Part shown: piece after piece, positions 26,648 to 34,716 of the stretch
How positions within the stretch are numbered: the stretch's first letter is position 1
Layout of the letters: every line of letters begins with the position of its first letter
IMG/VR virus record: IMGVR_UViG_3300029720_000017
Direction: 5' to 3' (one strand)
Source: a virus
Length of the DNA: 54,276 nucleotides
Program-made: the position numbers and the translations under genes
The notes under the pieces: generated by a model
Told to the model about the DNA's origin: nothing
Seen by the model: the letters and a program-made list of their open reading frames with translations, nothing else
Database searches by the model: none

Positions 26648-26938
26648 ATGAATTTTATCCCGATGACCTATTCCCAGCTGACCGACCTGTACCTTACCCC
26701 TCCCCAATATGCCAAGATGCACGACCTCAAGGCCGAGCTCACCAAGTTCCTCGAGCTCAATTCTTACTCTGCCAAGGTCGAGCTGGAGCCGGGGGAATAC
26801 AAGAGTTACCTCAGCGCACAGAGTGCTCTCTTCTCCGCTGCGAGCCGATGGAAGATGCCTATTCAGGTTACGGTCATTCGCGGGGAGCTGTATCTCATCA
26901 ACCTCAACATCAAACCACACAAGGAGGCCACAACATGA
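26648..26938 (+). CDS. hypothetical protein, paralogue of 26935-27216
   Basis: RBS tgaaaggagaccaccgcATG. The C-terminus WKMPIQVTVIRGELYLINL parallels FNMPIRVRIINNELYLINT in the next gene. Confidence 0.6.
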   Translation: MNFIPMTYSQLTDLYLTPPQYAKMHDLKAELTKFLELNSYSAKVELEPGEYKSYLSAQSALFSAASRWKMPIQVTVIRGELYLINLNIKPHKEATT

Positions 26939-27216
26939 ACTTCACCGAATTCTTTGATGACTCTACGCAGTTGCCTACTCCCGTTAGAAACAAGACCTGT
27001 TACACCGACCTGCACAACATCCTCAAGTACTTCTTGTACATCGACACCTACGCAGTCAAGGTCGAGAACTGGCCGCACAATAGCATGTTCTCAGCCCGAG
27101 CGAGTATCTACCGAACCATAAAGAGATTCAACATGCCCATACGCGTTCGTATCATCAACAACGAACTGTACCTTATCAACACTCTGAAGGAGGACAACAA
27201 CCATGCACATTCTTGA
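26935..27216 (+). CDS. hypothetical protein, paralogue of 26648-26938
   Basis: AAGGAGG RBS. See the shared motifs listed for 26648-26938. Confidence 0.6.
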   Translation: MNFTEFFDDSTQLPTPVRNKTCYTDLHNILKYFLYIDTYAVKVENWPHNSMFSARASIYRTIKRFNMPIRVRIINNELYLINTLKEDNNHAHS

Positions 27217-27538
27217 GAACATCCAGACCCTGTCAGAATTTCTGACCAAGGAGACCTATCTCATCCTTGAGAACAGATTCCGTAACAAGCCCAGACCCAT
27301 CCGTCGCACTGTGTACAAGTTCAGCACAGACATCGTCAAGTACGAGGGGATGAAACTCCCATTCCTCGGTAACGAAACGGTCGTGGCATTTTACGATGAT
27401 GGCAACGACATTGAGCCGACCATGTTCGTGTCTGACAACTTCTATACCCTGTACCACACCAGCTCCCTGTGGAAGACCATCCAAGAGGACTGTAAGATGG
27501 CTTACGACCTCAACCATATCCAGCTCATTGATTTTTAA
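27203..27538 (+). CDS. hypothetical early protein
   Basis: AGGAGG RBS, 111 aa. Confidence 0.6.
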   Translation: MHILENIQTLSEFLTKETYLILENRFRNKPRPIRRTVYKFSTDIVKYEGMKLPFLGNETVVAFYDDGNDIEPTMFVSDNFYTLYHTSSLWKTIQEDCKMAYDLNHIQLIDF

Positions 27539-27552
27539 GGAGGACAACAAAC

Positions 27553-27861
27553 ATGAAAGCTAAACAGTATGCAAGCGAGTACATCGCCAAGCTCAACCAC
27601 TCCAAGACCGAAGAGGAAATCAACCACGCCACCGTAGAGCTGCTCGTCCAGCTGATGAAAGAGGGTGAAGACCTCAAGCAGAAACGTCATGTTCGGTTCG
27701 ACAGGGGCTTCCTACCCATCTGCAAAGAGCTCAATCAGAAGTGGAACGTCATCGCTGACCTCGTCGAGAAAGAGATGGGTATGACGGTTCTGGTACCTAA
27801 CGCATACAGGGACTTCCTGTTCCTGAAAATCCCCGGTATGGAGGAAGCGTGGAGAAAGTGA
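27553..27861 (+). CDS. hypothetical early protein
   Basis: AAGGAGG RBS, 102 aa, helical. Confidence 0.6.
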   Translation: MKAKQYASEYIAKLNHSKTEEEINHATVELLVQLMKEGEDLKQKRHVRFDRGFLPICKELNQKWNVIADLVEKEMGMTVLVPNAYRDFLFLKIPGMEEAWRK

Positions 27862-28037
27862 GTGAATCCACCCTGCTGAGATACGGGTCGGTGCTGAAGA
27901 GTAACAACTTTACCACCTCCCGAGGGTTCTACACCATTCGCATCATCAGCTACGAGGGTCAGTTGTATTTCCACAAGATGAAAGATGGAAATCTGGTTGA
28001 GCTTATCAACCTTACAGAAATGGAGAAACGAGTATGA
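27849..28037 (+). CDS. hypothetical small protein
   Basis: Start is GTG at 27849 or 27858 and is not resolved. Confidence 0.4.
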   Translation: MEKVSESTLLRYGSVLKSNNFTTSRGFYTIRIISYEGQLYFHKMKDGNLVELINLTEMEKRV

Positions 28038-28279
28038 CGACTATAAACATTGGGTACAGCAACTTCGTCAATGCCGACCATGTAGTTGCTATCGTCAGTC
28101 CGGAGTCAGCGCCTATCAAGCGCATGGTGCAGGAGGCTAAAGACTCTGGCCGCTGTGTAGACGCCACCTACGGACACCGCACCAGAGCCGTGCTGGTCAT
28201 GGACAATGGAGCTATCGTCCTGTCAGCGGTCCAACCTGCAACCATCATCAATCGCAACGGTCAGAAGGAGGACAAGTGA
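28034..28279 (+). CDS. remA: RemA/DUF370-family regulator homologue
   Basis: [65 protein letters not shown] is near-collinear with B. subtilis RemA as I recall it ([38 protein letters not shown]). Confidence 0.85.
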   Translation: MTTINIGYSNFVNADHVVAIVSPESAPIKRMVQEAKDSGRCVDATYGHRTRAVLVMDNGAIVLSAVQPATIINRNGQKEDK

Positions 28280-28470
28280 TGAAACCTATTCCTTTTGATA
28301 AGCGGGTATGCGTCTGTGGAGGAACACAATTCCACATGATGCCCAGAACGTTCCTCAACGGTCAAACCGCTGTTGGATTGTACTGTTCTGAGTGCGGACA
28401 GTGGCAGAAGTGGATGAACAAGAAAGACCGTAGTAGATTTGAAGCTCTACAATACAAGGAGGAGAAGTGA
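28279..28470 (+). CDS. zinc-ribbon protein (CxC...CxxC)
   Basis: Contains CVCGG and CSECG. ATG follows GTG at a TGATG junction. Confidence 0.55.
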   Translation: MKPIPFDKRVCVCGGTQFHMMPRTFLNGQTAVGLYCSECGQWQKWMNKKDRSRFEALQYKEEK

Positions 28471-28751
28471 TGAAAGAGTATATTGACCGGGCAGAGTACA
28501 GAGAAAGACTTAGCGACCTCGAAAGCTGGTGCCAAGACCTCAGAAAGCCGGGGCTGACACAAGCGTTGCAGATGTTCGACGAAATTCCTGCCGCTGATGT
28601 AACAGAAGTAATACCCTGCAGAGAGTGCAAGCATTACGACATGGGCGTATGCCTGAAAATCTACTCGGATGGTAACGTGCATACAGAGGCGTGGCAGAGC
28701 CGTAAGCCGGACGACTTCTGCTCCTACGGCGAGAGAAAGGAAACAGAGTAA
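28470..28751 (+). CDS. Cys-motif protein (CxxC...C...DFC), family also at 38649-38969
   Basis: Contains IPCRECKHYDMGVC...PDDFCSYGERK. Confidence 0.55.
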   Translation: MKEYIDRAEYRERLSDLESWCQDLRKPGLTQALQMFDEIPAADVTEVIPCRECKHYDMGVCLKIYSDGNVHTEAWQSRKPDDFCSYGERKETE

Positions 28752-29074
28752 TGGACGCTGTGAAGTTTATCGAGGAGCGCAGAAGAATGTGTAAGGATAC
28801 CAGAAGGTACTCACCTATTATGCTCGAGGGAATTTCGCCCAAGGACATTGTAAAAGAAGTAGAGGACTGGTCTGCTGCACACCCCAAAAAGACACGCCAG
28901 GACGTATTTCTGGAGCAGTGGCCGGAGGCAGTGCTTACTGAAGACGGTGTCATATCGATATGTCCGATTACAGTCTCTGCTGCTTACAGAAACAAAACTG
29001 GTGGCTGCGCCTCCCCAACACGCCCACAATGTGATGTCTGCTGCCGCGAGTTCTGGACAAAGGTGGTGGAGTAA
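28751..29074 (+). CDS. Cys-motif protein, paralogue of 29806-30015
   Basis: Contains ICPITVSAAY...C...CDVCCREFW. Confidence 0.55.
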   Translation: MDAVKFIEERRRMCKDTRRYSPIMLEGISPKDIVKEVEDWSAAHPKKTRQDVFLEQWPEAVLTEDGVISICPITVSAAYRNKTGGCASPTRPQCDVCCREFWTKVVE

Positions 29075-29205
29075 TGGACAACCTCTTACAGAATCTTGCT
29101 TCAGCATTATGGATTGTCATAGGCATTCAGGTTCTTGTCTGGCTGAAGCATTGGAACAAGAAGTTCAGTGAGCTGTACGATGAGCTGAAAGGGGAGATGA
29201 AGTAA
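29074..29205 (+). CDS. small TM protein (43 aa)
   Basis: My own reading gives MDNLLQNLASALWIVIGIQVLVWLKHWNKKFSELYDELKGEMK. TAATG junctions at both ends. Confidence 0.4.
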   Translation: MDNLLQNLASALWIVIGIQVLVWLKHWNKKFSELYDELKGEMK

Positions 29206-29369
29206 TGGCAAGCAATATGGAGGACTATTGGGGTAACGAAATCAGGTCGTATAAAAGGCAATTGCACACAGGACCCGACGATACACATGACTGGTGGAAA
29301 TGGAGAGAGTTCCTGAAGTTGGGACGAATCATGAACGCCGAAATTAAATGCAAAGTGAGGATGTCATGA
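29205..29369 (+). CDS. small hypothetical protein (54 aa)
   Basis: My own reading gives MASNMEDYWGNEIRSYKRQLH... Coupled junctions. Confidence 0.4.
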   Translation: MASNMEDYWGNEIRSYKRQLHTGPDDTHDWWKWREFLKLGRIMNAEIKCKVRMS

Positions 29370-29545
29370 TGGGAGAGCACAAGCATAATCCCACGGCCAT
29401 AGCAGCCAAGAATGGCGAACTACCACCGAAGAAGAAACCTATGGGCACGGCGGAGAGTAGGGCGTGGGTGTATACATGGATACGAGAGCATACACCATTA
29501 GGAATTATGCAACAAGAGATAAGGAGAAACTCTTATGATATGTAA
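29366..29545 (+). CDS. small hypothetical protein (59 aa)
   Basis: ATG follows GTGAGGA. This is the internal start of ORF 29348-29545. Confidence 0.45.
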   Translation: MMGEHKHNPTAIAAKNGELPPKKKPMGTAESRAWVYTWIREHTPLGIMQQEIRRNSYDM

Positions 29546-29804
29546 CTGTAGAATATGCATAGAGAACGAGGACGGTTACTGCTCTTGCTCAAGCTGTGTA
29601 ACCATTTCTGAAGATGGTAGCTGTGAGACAGAGAAAAGGAAGAGTGATGATAAGCCTACTGCTCATCTGGAGGGTGCTCGTTGGAAGTACTTCCGGAAAC
29701 AGGGGATAGCTGTCTGTACTGCTTGCAGCTTCGAGCGGAAACTTGATGACAACTTCGGTAGAGCTATGGCTTGTCCAAACTGTGGTGCAAGAATGGAGGA
29801 GTAA
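29535..29804 (+). CDS. Cys-rich zinc-ribbon protein
   Basis: AAGGAG RBS. Contains CNCRIC...CSCSSC...CTAC...CPNCG. Confidence 0.55.
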   Translation: MICNCRICIENEDGYCSCSSCVTISEDGSCETEKRKSDDKPTAHLEGARWKYFRKQGIAVCTACSFERKLDDNFGRAMACPNCGARMEE

Positions 29805-29805
29805 C

Positions 29806-30015
29806 ATGTCTGAGCCTTACATCACCAGAAAGCAGAAACTGTTGGAGCTCTTTCCTAATACAGAACTCTTGGAGAATGGTGCTCCCAATATCTGCCCGCT
29901 GAGAGTCTCTAAACAATACCAGATGGCTCTTCCTAAGGAATGCCTTGCAGAGACCATGAAGTGTGAGGACTGCTTACAGAGCTTCTGGCAGGGACGATAC
30001 ACAGGAGGCGACTAA
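29806..30015 (+). CDS. Cys-motif protein, paralogue of 28751-29074
   Basis: Contains ICPLRVSKQY...C...CEDCLQSFW. GGAGGAG RBS. Confidence 0.55.
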   Translation: MSEPYITRKQKLLELFPNTELLENGAPNICPLRVSKQYQMALPKECLAETMKCEDCLQSFWQGRYTGGD

Positions 30016-30028
30016 TGGAGGAACGGAA

Positions 30029-30187
30029 ATGAAAGCAGCAACCATCATTCTCAGTATCTGTTGCTTTATAGGGTTCTTGAGCCCCCTGTACTACAGACTG
30101 GCTGAAAAGACACCCTTGTGGGCTCTAATCATACTCTTTGTGCTCGGAAGCTCATTAGCAATCTACATCAATCTTTTGGAGGCCTGA
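30029..30187 (+). CDS. small two-TM membrane protein (52 aa)
   Basis: GGAGGAA RBS. Sequence MKAATIILSICCFIGFLSPLYY...LWALIILFVLGSSLAIYI. Confidence 0.5.
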   Translation: MKAATIILSICCFIGFLSPLYYRLAEKTPLWALIILFVLGSSLAIYINLLEA

Positions 30188-30188
30188 T

Positions 30189-30374
30189 ATGAAGACAATG
30201 GTTGTATTCAGTAGAGAAGATTTTGAGGGCTTATCAGCTCTGCTTCAGAACGCTGTACATGATGCTGAAGTCCTTGAAAAGAACAACTCAAGTTACCTTA
30301 CCAGTAGACTGATAGACACTCTGCATAACGTACAACAATACTTGAAGGAGGACAACGACAATGGAGATGACTAA
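30189..30374 (+). CDS. hypothetical small protein
   Basis: GGAGG RBS, 61 aa. Confidence 0.5.
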   Translation: MKTMVVFSREDFEGLSALLQNAVHDAEVLEKNNSSYLTSRLIDTLHNVQQYLKEDNDNGDD

Positions 30375-30882
30375 GCGGATTGTAGAAATCATGAAGGTTC
30401 TTAGAAAACTCGGTATGCACGAAAATCTAATCGGGTTCCTCTATACTGTTACCGCCGTGGATGCCATACTCAATAGTGACCATGTGCTTCGGACCATGGA
30501 AATCTATGAAGCGGTAGAAGAGGCAGTTGGAATCCCTGCCAGCCGAGTGGAACGAAGCATTCGTCACTCGATAAAGACCCTATATGCAACCTCAAAGACA
30601 GTTCGGAATTCCCTAATCTTGGGGACGTCCTGTTGTTCATACAAGGACATCCCTTCCAATTCAACCTTCCTGTCTTCTGTAGCCAACTACATCCGTATGC
30701 AGGAGTATGAGGACACTAACAGAGTCACCTACTATTCCCGGCCTATAAACGCTGATGGAGACCCTGTATTTGCTCCTGACCTTGCGGAAAGGAAGTACGT
30801 AGCTGGATGGGGTGGTGGAGCGGAAACTGGTAGATACTGCCCCAATTTAACGGAGGTGATTACCCGTGATATAGAAGCCTGA
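30361..30882 (+). CDS. Spo0A C-terminal (DNA-binding) domain protein with no receiver domain
   Basis: LGMHENLIGFLYTVTAVDAIL...IYEAVEEAVGIPASRVERSIRHSIKTLY parallels Spo0A-C (HIKGYLYLREAI...ASRVERAIRHAIEVAW). It starts directly at that domain and has a ~60-aa unrelated C-terminal tail. Confidence 0.8.
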   Translation: MEMTKRIVEIMKVLRKLGMHENLIGFLYTVTAVDAILNSDHVLRTMEIYEAVEEAVGIPASRVERSIRHSIKTLYATSKTVRNSLILGTSCCSYKDIPSNSTFLSSVANYIRMQEYEDTNRVTYYSRPINADGDPVFAPDLAERKYVAGWGGGAETGRYCPNLTEVITRDIEA

Positions 30883-30921
30883 TTTATCTGATATAATGAA
30901 GCGTCTGTCTGAGTAGAGATG

Positions 30922-30958
30922 CCCCTGATGGGAGAAATCCTGTCAGGGGTACTCTTTT
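30922..30958 (+). terminator. intrinsic terminator after the Spo0A-C gene
   Basis: Stem cccctga/tcagggg followed by tactctttt. Confidence 0.6.
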
Positions 30959-30999
30959 GGAGATTTTTGAAAATTTTTCAAGAAATTTTGTAAAAGGAC

Positions 31000-31028
31000 T
31001 TTACTTTTGTAAAAGATGGAGTTATAAT
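31000..31028 (+). promoter_or_regulatory. promoter P2 (TTTACT-N17-TATAAT)
   Basis: TTTACT at 31000 and TATAAT at 31023. Its ~80-bp context is near-identical to that of P5. Confidence 0.75.
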
Positions 31029-31073
31029 TGTATCATAAATCAAGAATAACACCACTTCAAGGAGGACTATAAA

Positions 31074-31244
31074 ATGTTTGTTATTATGAAGAATGGTAAG
31101 TACACCAAAGATTTCACCAATGGAGAAAAGCTGACATCCAACTATTCTTGGGCAGAGAAGTTCACCAGCAAGAAAGCCGCTACCATTATTGCTCAGCAGT
31201 ATGGTAAAAACCATGGTAAGGGATTCAAGGTTGTAGAGATTTGA
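31074..31244 (+). CDS. small basic hypothetical protein (56 aa)
   Basis: My own reading gives MFVIMKNGKYTKDFTNGEKL... AAGGAGG RBS. First gene after the promoter at 31000. Confidence 0.5.
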   Translation: MFVIMKNGKYTKDFTNGEKLTSNYSWAEKFTSKKAATIIAQQYGKNHGKGFKVVEI

Positions 31245-31316
31245 CCCAACTGATGAGAGCTGGATTGTAACCAGCAGAAACCGAATCACAACACCTATTC
31301 CAAGGAGGATATAAAG

Positions 31317-31685
31317 ATGGTTACGATTTACAAGGACAAGCGCACCAACAGACTGTGGGCACTGGATGAGATGCTCACGATGGGCACCAAGGTTCACATG
31401 GTTCCTCTTACCGGTAAAGAGGACAAGTTCGTTTCTCAAAGCACTCTCAAGCGCTGGTATACCAAGTGGGATGAGGCCAACATGGTCGTGGAGCTCAAGG
31501 CGTTCACCGGAATGACCCTTGGCTGGTTCAAGGTCGAAGAAGAGACCAAGGACACCATCAGTTTCTGGACCAAGGCAAACAAGTACCTGACCTTCGACAA
31601 GAAGACTGACGCTCAAGTAAACGCCAAGAATCCCAAGTTCGCTAACCACATCGGGATGACCTATGGTTATCCCACCGTATTCTAA
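31317..31685 (+). CDS. hypothetical protein
   Basis: AAGGAGG RBS, 122 aa. Confidence 0.6.
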   Translation: MVTIYKDKRTNRLWALDEMLTMGTKVHMVPLTGKEDKFVSQSTLKRWYTKWDEANMVVELKAFTGMTLGWFKVEEETKDTISFWTKANKYLTFDKKTDAQVNAKNPKFANHIGMTYGYPTVF

Positions 31686-31698
31686 GGAGGACAATACA

Positions 31699-32358
31699 AT
31701 GGCTAATATGGACAAGATTGCTGACAAGATTCAAAAGCTGCTCAATCTGGCGGGAAACAATCCCAATGAGGAAGAGGCTCAGGCTGCTCTCCTAAAGGCT
31801 CAGGAGCTCATGGCTCAGTACAACGTGGATATGGAGGCTCTTGGTGACAAGGAGAAAATCAAGTACTCCTTCGAAGTCTCTAACGTCAAGGCCAACCCCA
31901 GAGCCAGAAAGCTGCTCAACATCATCGCCGATGCTTTTGCTTGCAAGGCTCTCATCTCCGCTGGCCGTCACTGTGGCTTCTTTGGACGGGAGGATAATGC
32001 CAAGGCCGCCAAGGAGTGTATGGAGTTCATGCATCGTACCATGGAGCGTGGTATCAACCGGGTCTGCAAGGAGCACGGTCTTAAGTCCTCAGCTGTGGCC
32101 GGTGCCTCTGACATTTATAATGGGTATGCAGCTGGATTCCTCTCTGGTCTTAAAGAGACTGTGGATGCTCAGACCGTGGCTCTGGCCGTGGTTGTTACTC
32201 AGGACGTCAAGGACGCCTTTGCTAACCGTTTCCCCAACATCGGACAGTTCAAGGGGAAGAATACCACATGGAATCCTGCTTACAAGGATGCTTTTTACTC
32301 TGGTGTGGCTGATGGCCGTTCCGCTATGGGGAAGCGCTCCCTGAAGGCTGGGAACTAA
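31699..32358 (+). CDS. DUF2786-type protein
   Basis: ATG follows AAGGAGG. KIQKLLNLAGNNPNEEEAQAALLKAQELMAQY is the DUF2786 signature. Confidence 0.7.
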   Translation: MANMDKIADKIQKLLNLAGNNPNEEEAQAALLKAQELMAQYNVDMEALGDKEKIKYSFEVSNVKANPRARKLLNIIADAFACKALISAGRHCGFFGREDNAKAAKECMEFMHRTMERGINRVCKEHGLKSSAVAGASDIYNGYAAGFLSGLKETVDAQTVALAVVVTQDVKDAFANRFPNIGQFKGKNTTWNPAYKDAFYSGVADGRSAMGKRSLKAGN

Positions 32359-32383
32359 ACATGAAAAGGTACGAAAGGGGTAG

Positions 32384-32456
32384 AATGAGACAGGAATTAT
32401 GAGGAAATTCACCCAAATTCTTGTCTCATTTCCCGGATTTTCCGGCTTTCTTTTTC
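32384..32456 (+). terminator. possible terminator region after the DUF2786 gene
   Basis: Stem aatgagaca/tgtctcatt with a long loop, then ccgg-atttt-ccgg and ctttcttttt. Confidence 0.4.
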
Positions 32457-32475
32457 TGGCCGGAGGAGTTATAAT
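32447..32475 (+). promoter_or_regulatory. promoter P3 (TTTCTT-N17-TATAAT), weaker -35
   Basis: ggaggagTTATAAT is shared with P1. The -35 matches in 4 of 6 positions. Confidence 0.55.
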
Positions 32476-32505
32476 TACCTACAGATTGAGCGAGGAGGAT
32501 GAATA

Positions 32506-33102
32506 ATGGATTTTAACTTTGCTGTAAAGAACAGGAGTGAAGAGGAGCGTATACAGCTGCTTCAGAGCACCCTTGTGATGAGCGGAATCAGTCCTAAGAG
32601 CTTTCCTATGGATTGGCTTGCCAGTACTGACTACTTCCGTGCCCCGGCCTCTAAGAAGTTTCATGCAGCATACCCCGGAGGCCTGTATGAGCATAGTCTG
32701 AACGTCACCTATAAACTGCTCCAATTCACTGAAGCTGGTCTGTGTTCTCCGTGGGGACGGCCGGAAAGTCCTATCATTGTAGGTATGCTGCATGACGCAA
32801 CCAAGATTGGACGGTATGCAGAATTCAAAGAGGTCAACCCCGATACTGGAGAGATGGAGATTTTCTACAAGGACAATCCCGACTACGTAAACCTCGGCGG
32901 ACATGGAAATGACTCTGTTCTCAAGCTCAAGCAGGTCATGAGGCTCACGGAGGAAGAGGAGCTGTGTATCAGGTATCACATGGGTGCTTATGAGACCGAT
33001 GATTGGGACGGCTTTGACAAGGCCATCCGCAAGTTCCCGAACGTACTATTCACCCATACCGCTGACATGTATGCCTCCAAGTGCATGGAGGTGACTCCGT
33101 GA
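32506..33102 (+). CDS. HD-domain phosphohydrolase
   Basis: Contains KKFHAAYPGGLYEHSLNV and GMLHDATKIG (H...HD...D pattern). Confidence 0.7.
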   Translation: MDFNFAVKNRSEEERIQLLQSTLVMSGISPKSFPMDWLASTDYFRAPASKKFHAAYPGGLYEHSLNVTYKLLQFTEAGLCSPWGRPESPIIVGMLHDATKIGRYAEFKEVNPDTGEMEIFYKDNPDYVNLGGHGNDSVLKLKQVMRLTEEEELCIRYHMGAYETDDWDGFDKAIRKFPNVLFTHTADMYASKCMEVTP

Positions 33103-34133
33103 GGAACAAGCCGGGGGACATTCCCTACCTCGGCGTTCGCAAGGAGCTGGTACTGACGGCTGAGCCTACCTTAGATGAGGAAGTCCTGCTACACCTGTAT
33201 CGGTTCATCACTCGGCGGTATAAAGTCCATATCAAGAAGGACATCCAAGGTCTACCAGCTCCTTGGACAAAAGACCCGGTCATACAGAACTATCGGTTTA
33301 CCAATGTCAGACGGGAGCATGACAAGGAAACTCGTTGGCTGATACAAAATATCGTCAACAATCCAAACGTTACCTATGAGGACAAGCTCCTCAACTGCGT
33401 GCTTTTCCGACTCTACAATAAACATGAAACATCAGAGCTGCTATCTCAACCTATTCCCTTTACTCATATTATAGAGAAGAACGGTGTATGGGATCCGGAT
33501 TCCTATCGAGCACTCTTTGCCGCACAGGATTGCATATACCCTGAGCGAGTTTTCTTTACTGGAGTGTTCATGGTGAGTGGGTTGCTTCGTATCGCTAACC
33601 AGTACACTCCCGAAGGAACGGACGAAGAGGACACCAGAATGCGACCTCTGTGGCTTCTGAGACATCTGGTAGACCTGCACTTACCCGACCGGATAAAACG
33701 CTGCAAGACGGCTCGAGAGGTCTGCAGAGTCCTTTCTCGAATTGATGGTATTGGGGTGTTCCTTGGGTACCAGATGTTCGTGGATATGACCTACATACCG
33801 GAGTTCCCTTTCAGTGAGAACGAGTACGTAGTGGCTGGCCGTGGTTGTCAAAGGGGCTGCGAGTATCTGTTTGAAGACTCCGATGACATGACTTACGAAG
33901 AGTGTATCTTTTGGCTGCGAGACCATCTTGAGGACATCTTTGCCGAGCATACAAAGGGAAAATTTAGCTGCAAGACCCTGTTCCATGACCTCCCTCCTTA
34001 TGACCAGCAGTTCAATGTCATGAGCATAGAGAATTGTCTGTGCGAACTCAGTAAATACACCAGAGTTCTACGTAAAGAGGGAAGACCAAGAAAACGTTAT
34101 CAAGGAGGACAAGATGAAAAAGACAAGAAATGA
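33099..34133 (+). CDS. candidate DNA base-hypermodification enzyme (aGPT-pyrophosphorylase-like)
   Basis: GTG at 33099 lies 5 nt after GGAGGTG with a GTGA overlap. The motif PWTKDPVIQNYRFTNVRREHDKETRW matches my recollection of the alpha-glutamyl/putrescinyl-thymine pyrophosphorylase family signature. This assignment needs an HMM check. Confidence 0.5.
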   Translation: MRNKPGDIPYLGVRKELVLTAEPTLDEEVLLHLYRFITRRYKVHIKKDIQGLPAPWTKDPVIQNYRFTNVRREHDKETRWLIQNIVNNPNVTYEDKLLNCVLFRLYNKHETSELLSQPIPFTHIIEKNGVWDPDSYRALFAAQDCIYPERVFFTGVFMVSGLLRIANQYTPEGTDEEDTRMRPLWLLRHLVDLHLPDRIKRCKTAREVCRVLSRIDGIGVFLGYQMFVDMTYIPEFPFSENEYVVAGRGCQRGCEYLFEDSDDMTYEECIFWLRDHLEDIFAEHTKGKFSCKTLFHDLPPYDQQFNVMSIENCLCELSKYTRVLRKEGRPRKRYQGGQDEKDKK

Positions 34134-34716
34134 GCTGCGACGAGACCGGATTTATGACATCATCATAACCATTGTGATGGTACTGGTGCTCATTGCCGTG
34201 GGTATCCAAATCGGTGCTTGGATTGAAAATGCCAAGTATGAGCCCAAGGAGAGCAAACAGGTCTACTACGAAGCCAGTGATTGTGCCTTTGAGATGCCTG
34301 AAGACCCACTGGAGACTTATCTCATTGAACGAGCAATCATGGCCAAGCCTACTCCCGCTGTAATGGGTTATGACTATGATTATGTGTGTCGTGTTGTTAT
34401 GGCTGAGACCGGGGGCGAGTACAATGAAGACCTTACACTGGCAGTATGTCAGGCTATTGCCAATGCCGCTGTAGAAAACAACTGGACTCCCGAGGAAGTC
34501 TGTATCAAGTACAAGTACACCAGACCCCACGAGTATACCAGTGACTTCATTCAAAACATCTGTGACCGAGTGTTTATTCAGGGCGAAGTATATGAGGCCT
34601 CTGGAAATGCTCAGGTTTTCTACAATCCCAGTTATGGTCACAGCAGCTACCATGAGAGTCAGAGCTTTGTGTGTGAAATTGGTGGTGTTCGGTTCTTTGA
34701 GAGGGTGAGTGTATGA
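34114..34716 (+). CDS. membrane-anchored cell-wall hydrolase, SleB-like (Hydrolase_2)
   Basis: N-terminal TM segment IYDIIITIVMVLVLIAVGIQIGAW. The catalytic-domain motifs VCRVVMAETGGE, LAVCQAIANA, VFYNP and IGGVRFF parallel SleB C-terminal motifs. Confidence 0.65.
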   Translation: MKKTRNELRRDRIYDIIITIVMVLVLIAVGIQIGAWIENAKYEPKESKQVYYEASDCAFEMPEDPLETYLIERAIMAKPTPAVMGYDYDYVCRVVMAETGGEYNEDLTLAVCQAIANAAVENNWTPEEVCIKYKYTRPHEYTSDFIQNICDRVFIQGEVYEASGNAQVFYNPSYGHSSYHESQSFVCEIGGVRFFERVSV

